From: Pseudomonadota bacterium
GTDB taxonomy: Bacteria > Bdellovibrionota_G > JALEGL01 > DATDPG01
Length of the DNA: 14,115 nt
Direction of reading: 5' to 3'
NCBI GenBank assembly: GCA_043809315.1
Contig: JAZDDX010000003.1
Span: 1 to 14,115 of the forward strand
How positions within the stretch are numbered: the stretch's first letter is position 1; every line of letters begins with the position of its first letter. The translations under genes and the position numbers were made by a program. The notes below the pieces were generated by a model, which worked only from the letters and a program-made list of their open reading frames with translations, did not search any database and was not told the origin of the DNA. This document shows positions 1 through 8,305 of this stretch, one piece after another.

Positions 1-229
1 GCCGCGGACTATTTTTTCCTCTCGGAGCCCTCGGTCCCTTACGGTCCCGAAGTCACTCCTCTTTGCGGCTCCTGGCCTCTCTCCTAGCGGGAGGTGGCAC
101 AACCTCAAGATCTCCCACCTAGGCGATCTCTCGCCTGTCGAAGTGGTTCATACGCGTGGGGCAGGATGGCGGTCAACGTTCTCGTCAACGAAAAAAGGGG
201 AAAAAATGAGGTTCAATCGTTTCAGCTCG

Positions 230-250
230 TTATCCACAGGTTGTGAAACG
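230..250. promoter_or_regulatory. DnaA box pair (perfect TTATCCACA plus inverted degenerate box)
   Basis: TTATCCACA at 230-238. After a 3-nt spacer, TGTGAAACG at 242-250 (reverse complement CGTTTCACA, 2 mismatches to TTWTNCACA). Lies in a non-coding region. Confidence 0.55.
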
Positions 251-479
251 AAACAAGCCTAGAGGAGAATGCCTGTTTTTGAACGATCTCAACCGTAGGC
301 TTTATCGGAGCCTGTTTAGGGTTGATTGCGAGTATGGAGTAGGGATGGATTGGCCGTCGGCTTAGATGGCAAACAAGCCCTTATGCAAAGGGCCAATACG
401 CGGGTCTGTAAATATGTGCAAGGCTGGACGGGGGTACGGGGTCAGTGTCTGATCTGAGCCTCGACTTGTCGGTGACTTG

Positions 480-1496
480 TTAGCGGACTTCCCAGGTTTC
501 GCCGCCGCTGAGAAGGTCGTTGATCTTTCCTTCTCCCTTTCGTTTCTGGACCTCTTCGATCTGGGTGACGAGGAGTCCTTCATACGTCGGACGTTGAATC
601 CGGCGGAATACGCCGATGGCGACCGGAAACTCGGGCGGCTCCATGCGGGTCAACATGTAGGCGATCATCGGGTTCTCGAGTTCCTCGTTATGAACGAGGA
701 GATCTCTTTCAGTGATTCCGTTTTCGCCGATCGTAACGACTCTCGGTTGGTTGTCGACGAGTTGAATTCCTTTGTTCTTCTTCGCTCCGAACAGCATTGG
801 CTTGCCATGCTCAAGAACGAGAATCTGATCGTCGCGGACGCTTCGTTCCGTGATTCCGTCGAATGCGCCGTCGTTGAAGATCACGCAGTTCTGGTAGATC
901 TCGACGAACGAAACCCCCTTATGTCCGGCGGCTTTCTTGACCACCTCGCCAAAGTGAGGCGGGAGCACATCGATCGATCGGGCGATGAACGTCGCTTCCG
1001 CGGCCAGGGCCAGAGAGCACGCGTTGACCGGCTGTTCGATCGAACCGAACGGTGTCGACTTGGTTTTCTTCCCGAACTCCGAGGTCGGGGAATACTGCCC
1101 CTTCGTCAAACCGTAGATCCGATTGTTGAAAAGGAGGATGTTAATGTCGACGTTCCGTCTCATCGTGTGGATGAAGTGGTTTCCGCCGATCGCGATCCCG
1201 TCTCCGTCCCCGGTCGCCACCCAGACCGAAAGGTCGGGGCGGGCGCACTTTAAACCCGTCGCGACCGCCATCGCCCGGCCGTGGATCGAGTGAAAGCCGT
1301 ACGTGTCCATGTAGTAAGGGAAACGACTCGAGCAGCCGATTCCGGAGATGAACGCGAATTTTTCGCGCGGGATCCCCAGGGTCGGGACGATCTTCTGCAC
1401 GGTCGCGAGGATCGCGAAATCCCCGCAGCCGGGACACCACCGGACCTCCTGGTTCGACACAAAATCGTCACGAGTGAGCTTTCCGTCGTCCGTCAT
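480..1496 (-). CDS. korB: 2-oxoacid:ferredoxin oxidoreductase beta subunit (TPP-binding)
   Basis: Motifs WCPGCGDF, SGIGCSSR, HSIHGRA, GDGD...IGGNH, NNRIYGLTKGQYSPT. ATG at 1496 overlaps the alpha-subunit stop (ATGA), so the longer ORF-track start at 1976 is not used. Substrate specificity cannot be determined from sequence. Confidence 0.93.
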   Translation of the reverse strand: MTDDGKLTRDDFVSNQEVRWCPGCGDFAILATVQKIVPTLGIPREKFAFISGIGCSSRFPYYMDTYGFHSIHGRAMAVATGLKCARPDLSVWVATGDGDGIAIGGNHFIHTMRRNVDINILLFNNRIYGLTKGQYSPTSEFGKKTKSTPFGSIEQPVNACSLALAAEATFIARSIDVLPPHFGEVVKKAAGHKGVSFVEIYQNCVIFNDGAFDGITERSVRDDQILVLEHGKPMLFGAKKNKGIQLVDNQPRVVTIGENGITERDLLVHNEELENPMIAYMLTRMEPPEFPVAIGVFRRIQRPTYEGLLVTQIEEVQKRKGEGKINDLLSGGETWEVR

Positions 1497-3349
1497 AGGA
1501 GTTCCTCGATCGCTCCCTTCACATCCTGGATCTTCATCGGCAGCCCGTTCACGATGTTTAGGCCCACCGGATCCACGAGATAATTCGCCCGCAGCATGTA
1601 CCGCAGCTGTCCCAGGTTTCCCTCCGGAACCAGGATCTTCTTGAACTTCGAGAGGACCGGTCCGAGGTCGGGGGGGAGGGGGTTCAGATGGCGGAGGTGG
1701 ATGCTGGAAACCGGCTTCCCTTCTTTTTGAAGTTCCTCGACCGCGGTTGTGATGGCCCCGTGGGAACTTCCCCAACCGACCACCAAGAGATTCCCCTGTT
1801 TCGGACCGAAGATCTCCGTCGGCGGGATCTCCTGCGCGATTCGTTCGATCTTGGCGGCCCGCAACTTCACCATCTTGTCGTGGTTCATCGGGTCGTAGCT
1901 GATGTGGCCGGTGATGTCGGCTTTCTCCAGCCCCCCGATCCGATGCTCCAATCCCGGCGTTCCCGGAACAACCCACGGGCGGGACAGTGTTTTTTCATTC
2001 CGCGCGTACGGCTGGAATTTTGCCGGATCGACGTCGCTCCAGATCTCGAACTTTTTGAAGGAAGAAAGGGCGGGGAGGCGAAGAGGTTCCGCACCGAACG
2101 CAAGGTACCCGTCCGAGAGAAGGAGGACCGGGCACATGTACTTGGTCGCGATCCGAAGCGCTTCCACCGAAAGGAAGAAACATTCGGCCGGGGAAGCGGC
2201 CGCCAGGACGGCGATCGGACAGTCGCCGTTTCGACCGAAAACGGACTGCAACAGATCCCCTTGCTCCGGCTTTGTCGGCATTCCCGTCGAGGGTCCCCCT
2301 CGCTGGACGTCCACGATCACGAGGGGGAGCTCCGCCATCACGGCGAGGCCGATCGCTTCCGTTTTGAGCGCAAGTCCGGGTCCGCTGGTTCCGGTGACGC
2401 CGAGCGCCCCTCCGAATGAAGCACCGATCGCCGAGCAGATCGCCGCGATTTCGTCCTCCGCCTGGAAGGTCTTGACTCCATACTGTTTAAACCCCGACAG
2501 GTCTTGCAGGATTTCGCTGGCGGGAGTGATCGGATAGCTGCCGTAGAACAATTCGCGTCCGGCAAGATGCGCGCCGACGACAAGACCCAGCGCAACGGCG
2601 CTGTTCCCGGTGATCTGGCGGTACGTGCCGATCGGGAGCTTCGCCTGCGGAACCTGATACCGCGTGGGGAAGATCTCTGTGGTCTCGCCGTAGAAGTATC
2701 CCGCCTTGACCGAACGCCGGCACGCTTCCGCGATGTCCGGGGTCTTAGAGAACTTCGCCTCGATCCACTGGAACGTCGGCTCCATCGGACGGTCGTAGAG
2801 CCAGAACATCAGGCCCAGCGCGAAGAAATTCTTGGATCGGTCGACCTCTTTCTTCGACACGGGGAGATCTTTGAGTGCCTCGGCGTTCAACTTCCCGATC
2901 GGCACGTCGACGAGGCGGAACGAACTCAGCGATCCGTCCTCGAGGGGGTTCGCGGCGTATTCCGCTTTCCGGAGGTTCGTCTCGTTGAACGCGTCGGAGT
3001 TCACGATGACCATTCCGCCCTTTTCCATGTCCTTCAGATGGACCTTGAGTGCGGCTGGGTTCATCGCGACCAGGACGTTCGGCTTGTCGCCGGGGGTTCG
3101 GACATTTTGGCTCGAGAACCGAATCTGGAAGGCGCTCACGCCGCGAAGAGATCCCGCGGGTGCCCGGATCTCGGCGGGGAAATCGGGGAAGGTCGCGACA
3201 TCGTTTCCCAGGAATGCAGAGGCGTGTGTGAATTGGGTTCCGGTCAGCTGCATCCCGTCGCCGGAGTCCCCCGCAAAGCGGATCGTAACGGTGTCAAGTG
3301 TCTGCGGCGTGACAGTTCTTTTCTCGTTCTGCTTGCTTTTGTCCGGCAT
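1493..3349 (-). CDS. korA: 2-oxoacid:acceptor oxidoreductase alpha subunit (fused gamma-alpha type)
   Basis: Motifs RFAGDSGDGMQLTG, PAEIRAPAG, YPITPAS, QAEDEIAA, TSGPG, QRGGPSTGMPTK. ATG at 3349 has GAGGGGG upstream. Confidence 0.93.
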   Translation of the reverse strand: MPDKSKQNEKRTVTPQTLDTVTIRFAGDSGDGMQLTGTQFTHASAFLGNDVATFPDFPAEIRAPAGSLRGVSAFQIRFSSQNVRTPGDKPNVLVAMNPAALKVHLKDMEKGGMVIVNSDAFNETNLRKAEYAANPLEDGSLSSFRLVDVPIGKLNAEALKDLPVSKKEVDRSKNFFALGLMFWLYDRPMEPTFQWIEAKFSKTPDIAEACRRSVKAGYFYGETTEIFPTRYQVPQAKLPIGTYRQITGNSAVALGLVVGAHLAGRELFYGSYPITPASEILQDLSGFKQYGVKTFQAEDEIAAICSAIGASFGGALGVTGTSGPGLALKTEAIGLAVMAELPLVIVDVQRGGPSTGMPTKPEQGDLLQSVFGRNGDCPIAVLAAASPAECFFLSVEALRIATKYMCPVLLLSDGYLAFGAEPLRLPALSSFKKFEIWSDVDPAKFQPYARNEKTLSRPWVVPGTPGLEHRIGGLEKADITGHISYDPMNHDKMVKLRAAKIERIAQEIPPTEIFGPKQGNLLVVGWGSSHGAITTAVEELQKEGKPVSSIHLRHLNPLPPDLGPVLSKFKKILVPEGNLGQLRYMLRANYLVDPVGLNIVNGLPMKIQDVKGAIEELL

Positions 3350-3382
3350 GAGTCGATCCAGCCCCCTCAAAAATGCGGGCGG

Positions 3383-3410
3383 ATCATACTCCGATTCTTT
3401 TTTCAGGCAA
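3383..3410 (-). promoter_or_regulatory. Putative sigma70 promoter for korAB inside the queG 3' end
   Basis: Minus strand TTGCCT-N16-TATGAT, ending 33 nt upstream of the korA ATG. Confidence 0.45.
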
Positions 3411-4328
3411 CTCTCGCCCACCTGTGTTCCGCTTGAGGTTTGGAAGGGAGATCCGTTTCAGGCTCGTGTTCTCGAAGAGTTCTTTGTGGCGTTTGGCGTC
3501 CAGCGTTTGGATTTTATCGCGGCTCAGATTGACGTGGAGGAGTGGGGCGAATTCGCCGAGATGTGTCGACGGTGCGGAATAATTCCAGGGGCATACTTCC
3601 TGGCAGATGTCGCACCCCGCGACCCATCCGTCGAGATGACGGGCGATCTCTTCCGGGATCATGTCGGCCCGGCTCTCGATCGTCCAGTACGAGATGCACT
3701 TGCGGGAGTCGAGTTCGTAGGGAGAAAGCAGCGCTCCGGTCGGGCAAGCGGCGAGGCACTTCGTGCAGCCGCCGCAACGGTCGATCGCCGGTTCATCCGG
3801 AGGAAGCTCGATCGTCGTGATCAGCTCTCCGAGGAGGATGTACGATCCGAGCTCGCGGTCGATGAGACAGCAGTTCTTCCCGATCCACCCAACTCCGGCC
3901 CTCTTCGCAAGACTCCGCTCCAGCACTGGCGCTGTATCCACGCAAACCTTCGACTCGAAGGAACAATGTAGATTCTCCACGAGCCACCGTTCGAGCCGCC
4001 GCAGGCGGCCCCGGAAAACCTTATGATAATCCTCCCCCCACGCATACCGTGCGAACTTCGCATCGGAGAGATGGCGGTCGACGACCGGTTTGTACGAAAT
4101 CGCCCCGACGATCACCGAACGGGCTCCAGGGATCAGGAGCGAAAGATCCCCCCGCTTCCGAATCCGCCCCGGTTCGGTCAGGTACCACATTTCTCCTGCG
4201 TGTCCGTTGGCAATCCATGCCCGATACCGTTCGTAATCGTCGGGAGGGGAAGCCGAAGTAATGCCGATCCGGTCGAAGCCGATCGAAGCGGCGTACTCTT
4301 TCAGTCGTTCCTTGAGCGGAAGGGTCAA
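3384..4328 (-). CDS. queG: tRNA epoxyqueuosine(34) reductase
   Basis: Motifs ARYAWGEDYH, VDTAPVLER, GWIGKN, CGGCTKCLAACPTGA, CISYWTIE, GCDICQEVCPWN (two 4Fe-4S cysteine sets). TTG start overlaps the cupin stop (TTGA). Confidence 0.93.
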   Translation of the reverse strand: MTLPLKERLKEYAASIGFDRIGITSASPPDDYERYRAWIANGHAGEMWYLTEPGRIRKRGDLSLLIPGARSVIVGAISYKPVVDRHLSDAKFARYAWGEDYHKVFRGRLRRLERWLVENLHCSFESKVCVDTAPVLERSLAKRAGVGWIGKNCCLIDRELGSYILLGELITTIELPPDEPAIDRCGGCTKCLAACPTGALLSPYELDSRKCISYWTIESRADMIPEEIARHLDGWVAGCDICQEVCPWNYSAPSTHLGEFAPLLHVNLSRDKIQTLDAKRHKELFENTSLKRISLPNLKRNTGGRELPEKRIGV

Positions 4329-4654
4329 GCCTTGGTGTCGGGGGGGGGGGCGAGGACAACCAGCATGACCAGACGCTCCTCGGCCATGTTGATCACGCCG
4401 TGCTCTTCATTCATCGGAACCAGAACCGCGGTGCCGGCCCGGAATTCACGCGTGGTCCGGCCGACGGTGAAACGCCCGGTCCCCTCCAGGATAAAGTAGA
4501 TTTTGTCTGCGTCGGTGTGTTTGTGGGGACGCTGGGCCTGCCCCGGCTCGAAACAACAGATCTCCGTCACCACGCGGTCGGTGGTAAAGACGTCATGCTT
4601 CTGCATCTTGTCGGCAGAAAAACGGATGAGCGATCGAAATTCGATCGTTTTCAC
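4325..4654 (-). CDS. Cupin-domain protein (Cupin_2-like)
   Basis: Motifs FEPGQAQRPHKH...DKIYFILEGTG and G.AVLVP..EEHGV.N; 109 aa; GTG start. Confidence 0.85.
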   Translation of the reverse strand: MKTIEFRSLIRFSADKMQKHDVFTTDRVVTEICCFEPGQAQRPHKHTDADKIYFILEGTGRFTVGRTTREFRAGTAVLVPMNEEHGVINMAEERLVMLVVLAPPPDTKA

Positions 4655-4701
4655 GGAGCGACCATACCAAAAATTTTTCCTGTTCGCCCGAAATAAGGTT
4701 T

Positions 4702-6588
4702 TCAGGCCACGGTCTGATGTTTTTTCAGGATCGCCTGGAACTCTTCGTCATTCAGCGCTTCTTTTTCCAGCAATTCCGCGGCCAACTCGCGGAGAAGAAT
4801 CCCTTCTTTTTTAAGAAGTGAGGTCACCGTTTCCAGCCGTTCCGTGAGGATCTCTTTCACCTCGTCGTCGATCTTTCGGGCGGTCTCCTCGCTGAAGTTT
4901 TTCCCGGCCGAGATCGTCCCGGAACCGCTGACCAGCAACGGAGTCCGGTCGTGATCGACCGTCACGGGGCCGAGCGTTTTTCCCATCCCGTACTGTGTAA
5001 TCATGCTGCGGGCGATCTCCGTCGCCCGGTTCAGATCGTCCGAGGCACCGGTCGAGACGTCGTTGAACGTGACCGTCTCGGCGGCCCGGCCGCCCAGGAG
5101 GACGTCGACTTTTTCGATCAGCTCTTTCCGGGTCATGAGGTAGCGGTCTTCGGTCGGGAGTTGCAGCGTGTAGCCGAGAGCGCCGATTCCACGCGGGATG
5201 ATCGAGATCTTGTGAACCTTGTCGCTGGAGTTGCGGAACGCCGCCACGACAGCGTGCCCCGCCTCGTGGTGGGCGACGATCTCCTTTTCCCGCTTGTTGA
5301 TCACGCGGTTCTTCTTCTCGAGCCCCGTCAGGATCCGGTCAACCGCCTCCTCGAAGTCGGTCATTTGGACCTCTTTCTTGTTTCGGCGGGCGGCTAAGAG
5401 CGCTGCTTCGTTCACGACGTTCGCGAGATCGGCCCCGACGAATCCCGGGGTCCGTTTCGCGGTCGTCTCGAGATTGACGTCGGCGCCGACCTTCACGTGC
5501 TTCGCGTGCAGATCGAGGATCGCGCGCCGCTCTTTGACGTCCGGCCGTCCCACCAGGACCTGGCGGTCGAACCGGCCGGCACGCAGGAGAGCCGGGTCGA
5601 GAATCTCGGGGCGGTTCGTCGCCGCCATGATGATCACCCCGGTTTGAGCGTCGAAGCCGTCCATCTCGACCAGAAGTTGATTGAGCGTCTGTTCCCTTTC
5701 GTCATGTCCCCCCATCATCCCGACCCCGCGGGCTTTTCCGACGGCGTCGAGCTCGTCGATGAAGATGATGCAGGGGGCTTTTGCCTTCGCCTGCTGGAAC
5801 AGATCTCGCACTCGAGCCGCGCCGACCCCGACGAACATCTCGACGAAATCCGAACCCGAGATGTTGAAGAACGGGACCTTAGCTTCGCCGGCGATCGCTC
5901 GCGCCAGCAGTGTTTTCCCGGTACCCGGAGGCCCGACGAGCATGATCCCTTTCGGCAACTTCCCTCCGAGGATCGTGAACCGTCGCGGATCACGCAGAAA
6001 CTCGATGATCTCCTTCAACTCCTCTTTCGCTTCATCCACCCCCGCGACGTCCTCGAAGGTGGTCGGTTGCCCTGCTTCCGCTTGGAGGCGGCCGCGGCTC
6101 TTCCCGAACTTCATGATCTCCGCCCCCGGACCCCCCATTCGGCGCATGATGAAAAGCCATGCGACGACGAAGAGCGCGACCGGGAGAATGTAACTCAGCA
6201 ACTCCTGGAGCCCCTTGTTCTGGATCTTCTGTTCGTACGGCGTTCCGATTTCGTCCAGGAGTTTGTAAATCGAATCGTCGTTCGCCGGGCGGGCGGCGGA
6301 GAGACGCTCCGGGATCTCACTTAAAATCCGGGAGAACGAATTTTCCTGCTTTGCCGGTGCCGTTTTTTTCGGGAGCTCCCCGATCACGTACTGGTCGTCG
6401 AGATAGATCTTAATGAACGTCTTCGCGTGGATCTTCCCCTTCATTTCGCTGTACGGGATCATGCCCGGAGGTGCGGGGGGGCTCAGGATCCCATAGAGCA
6501 GCACGGCGCCGAGGACCAGCCCCACGTAGACGAACGGGGAGCGGACCTTTTTGGGCGGCACTTTCGGCGTTTTGCGGGGGGAGGGCAT
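4702..6588 (-). CDS. ftsH: ATP-dependent zinc metalloprotease FtsH
   Basis: Two TM segments, Walker A GPPGTGKT, Walker B IIFIDELD, second region of homology [21 protein letters not shown], and HEAGH zinc motif. ATG 6588 preferred over TTG 6648; start is uncertain. Confidence 0.95.
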   Translation of the reverse strand: MPSPRKTPKVPPKKVRSPFVYVGLVLGAVLLYGILSPPAPPGMIPYSEMKGKIHAKTFIKIYLDDQYVIGELPKKTAPAKQENSFSRILSEIPERLSAARPANDDSIYKLLDEIGTPYEQKIQNKGLQELLSYILPVALFVVAWLFIMRRMGGPGAEIMKFGKSRGRLQAEAGQPTTFEDVAGVDEAKEELKEIIEFLRDPRRFTILGGKLPKGIMLVGPPGTGKTLLARAIAGEAKVPFFNISGSDFVEMFVGVGAARVRDLFQQAKAKAPCIIFIDELDAVGKARGVGMMGGHDEREQTLNQLLVEMDGFDAQTGVIIMAATNRPEILDPALLRAGRFDRQVLVGRPDVKERRAILDLHAKHVKVGADVNLETTAKRTPGFVGADLANVVNEAALLAARRNKKEVQMTDFEEAVDRILTGLEKKNRVINKREKEIVAHHEAGHAVVAAFRNSSDKVHKISIIPRGIGALGYTLQLPTEDRYLMTRKELIEKVDVLLGGRAAETVTFNDVSTGASDDLNRATEIARSMITQYGMGKTLGPVTVDHDRTPLLVSGSGTISAGKNFSEETARKIDDEVKEILTERLETVTSLLKKEGILLRELAAELLEKEALNDEEFQAILKKHQTVA

Positions 6589-6681
6589 TCGAGTGCCGGG
6601 AATATAGTCTCCCCCGGGCGTTTGTCCATCGTGGGTCAACGTAGGCAAGCGGCGTCAGTTTTGATAAGTTCCGCCACCCAT

Positions 6682-8232
6682 ATGATGAGACGAACTCGTA
6701 GTGGAACCGTTTTCGCGGCGTTGCTTCTCCTCTCGGCGTGCAAGGATTTTGATTGGCAGACGGTCCGGGAGAAGTTCCAGAAAGGGGATCAGAAACCCTG
6801 GACCGAGAATGTGGCGAGCCAGCAGGCGACGGTGCCGTTCAAAGGACAGGCGCTCGCGGCCGACACCTTCATCCGGATCTCCAAGAACGCAGATCTGGGG
6901 GTCGTCAACATCCGAACCACGAAGATCTACAAACAGAATCGCGGCTATCCGTTCTTTTTCTTCGGGCCGAACAACCAACAACAACGCTCCCCGTTCGACG
7001 ACTTTTTCGGAGGGGAAGACCCGTTCCGCCAGTTCTTCGGCGGGGGACCGAACAATGATCCGATGGAACAGAAAGCGACGAGCCTTGGATCCGGATTTGT
7101 TTTGAATGAAGACGGCTACATCGTGACCAACAATCACGTGGTTGCGAATCAGGACGAGATCATGGTCACGATCGGAAAAGACCAGGAGTACAAAGCGAAG
7201 GTGATCGGGACCGACCGGAAGACCGATGTCGCCCTGATCAAGATCCGCCCGAAAGAGAAACTGAAACCCCTCACGCTCGGGGACTCCGACCAGCTGCAGG
7301 TGGGTGAGATCGTGATCGCAATCGGAAACCCGTTCGGTCTTTCCCACACGGTCACGCAAGGGATCGTGAGTGCCAAGGAGCGGTCGATCGGCGCCGGAGC
7401 GTACGACAACTTCATCCAGACCGACGCATCGATCAACCCGGGGAACTCAGGGGGGCCGCTGCTCAATCTTAAAGCGGAAGTGGTAGGGATCAATTCGGCG
7501 ATCGTCGCTTCGGGGCAGGGGATCGGTTTCGCGATCCCGATCAACACCGCCAAGAACATCATCATACAGCTCAAGGACAAGGGGGCGGTCACGCGCGGCT
7601 GGCTCGGCGTCTTGATTCAAAAAGTCGATCCGGAGCTTGCGAAGTCGCTCGGCCTCAAAGACCGCCGCGGCGCTCTGGTTTCGAGCGTCACGAAAGGAAG
7701 CCCCGCCGCGAAGGTCGGGATCAAGTCGGGGGATCTGATTCTCAAGGTCGACGGAAAAGAGATCTCGGAGTTCAACGAGCTTCCGCGTCTGATCGCGGAA
7801 GTTGCGGTTGGACGAAAAGTGACAGTGGAAATCCTGCGGGATGGAAAGCCGATCAGCTTCGAGGTGACGATCGGGGAGTTGAAGCAAGAGAAGGAAGCGC
7901 AAGCGGACGAAACGGAGGAGGAAGAGCCGTCGAAACCGATGAAGCCGGACCGCTTGGGGTTGGTCGTGGCGCCGCTGACCGACCGGATCGCTCGTGAACT
8001 CGAACTCGAGGCGGGGACTGCCGGGGTCTACATTCAGTCCATTGATCCGACCGGGACCGCCGCCGAAAAGGGGGTCCAACGGGGAGACGTGATCGTCGAA
8101 TTGAACAAGAAGAAGATCAACAATGTCGGCGATTACCGTAAGATCATGAAATCACTTGGAAAAGGCGACACCGTGCTCCTCCTGGTCCGGCGTGGAGCAG
8201 GGGTCACACTTTATGTGGCTTTTACGTTATAA
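6682..8232 (+). CDS. degP: HtrA/DegP/DegQ (Do family) serine endoprotease with two PDZ domains, predicted lipoprotein
   Basis: Motifs GSGF, TNNHVV (His), TDVALIKI (Asp), IQTDASINPGNSGGPL (Ser), RGWLGV PDZ1 and a second PDZ. N-terminus MMRRTR...ALLLLSAC has a lipobox. ATG at 6682 or 6685; the ORF-track start at 6427 overlaps ftsH. degP versus degQ is not resolvable. Confidence 0.92.
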   Translation: MMRRTRSGTVFAALLLLSACKDFDWQTVREKFQKGDQKPWTENVASQQATVPFKGQALAADTFIRISKNADLGVVNIRTTKIYKQNRGYPFFFFGPNNQQQRSPFDDFFGGEDPFRQFFGGGPNNDPMEQKATSLGSGFVLNEDGYIVTNNHVVANQDEIMVTIGKDQEYKAKVIGTDRKTDVALIKIRPKEKLKPLTLGDSDQLQVGEIVIAIGNPFGLSHTVTQGIVSAKERSIGAGAYDNFIQTDASINPGNSGGPLLNLKAEVVGINSAIVASGQGIGFAIPINTAKNIIIQLKDKGAVTRGWLGVLIQKVDPELAKSLGLKDRRGALVSSVTKGSPAAKVGIKSGDLILKVDGKEISEFNELPRLIAEVAVGRKVTVEILRDGKPISFEVTIGELKQEKEAQADETEEEEPSKPMKPDRLGLVVAPLTDRIARELELEAGTAGVYIQSIDPTGTAAEKGVQRGDVIVELNKKKINNVGDYRKIMKSLGKGDTVLLLVRRGAGVTLYVAFTL

Positions 8233-8252
8233 TAACAAATAGTTATCTGCCA

Positions 8253-8281
8253 TTGACAGAACGGAGAAGGAATTTTAATTA
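8253..8281 (+). promoter_or_regulatory. Putative sigma70 promoter of the sigma factor gene
   Basis: Perfect -35 TTGACA at 8253-8258 and an AT-rich -10 region TTTTAATTA at 8273-8281; exact register is ambiguous. Confidence 0.55.
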
Positions 8282-8305
8282 GCACTCGATGTCTGTGACT
8301 GCTAA
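8279..8305. promoter_or_regulatory. CIRCE element (HrcA operator)
   Basis: TTAGCACTC-gatgtctgt(N9)-GACTGCTAA versus consensus TTAGCACTC-N9-GAGTGCTAA: one mismatch, exact spacer. Confidence 0.9.

Noticed and set aside
1-30. Resemblance of minus-strand GAGGAAAAAATAGTCCG to the RNase P RNA GAGGAAAGUCC motif
   Set aside because: A 4-nt insertion breaks the conserved motif, and the remainder cannot be seen in the window.
362-583. 73-aa minus-strand ORF after korB
   Set aside because: It overlaps korB out of frame, is low complexity, and has no ribosome-binding site or motif.
1497-1976. N-terminal extension of korB in the ORF track
   Set aside because: It overlaps korA in another frame; family similarity starts at MTDDGK (1496), which has an ATGA coupling.
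6427-6681. N-terminal extension of degP in the ORF track
   Set aside because: It overlaps ftsH antisense; the signal peptide begins at ATG 6682.
6661-6683. Sigma-32-like promoter TTGATA...ACCCATAT before degP
   Set aside because: The spacer is only about 9 nt versus the 13-14 expected, and the -10 would overlap the start codon.
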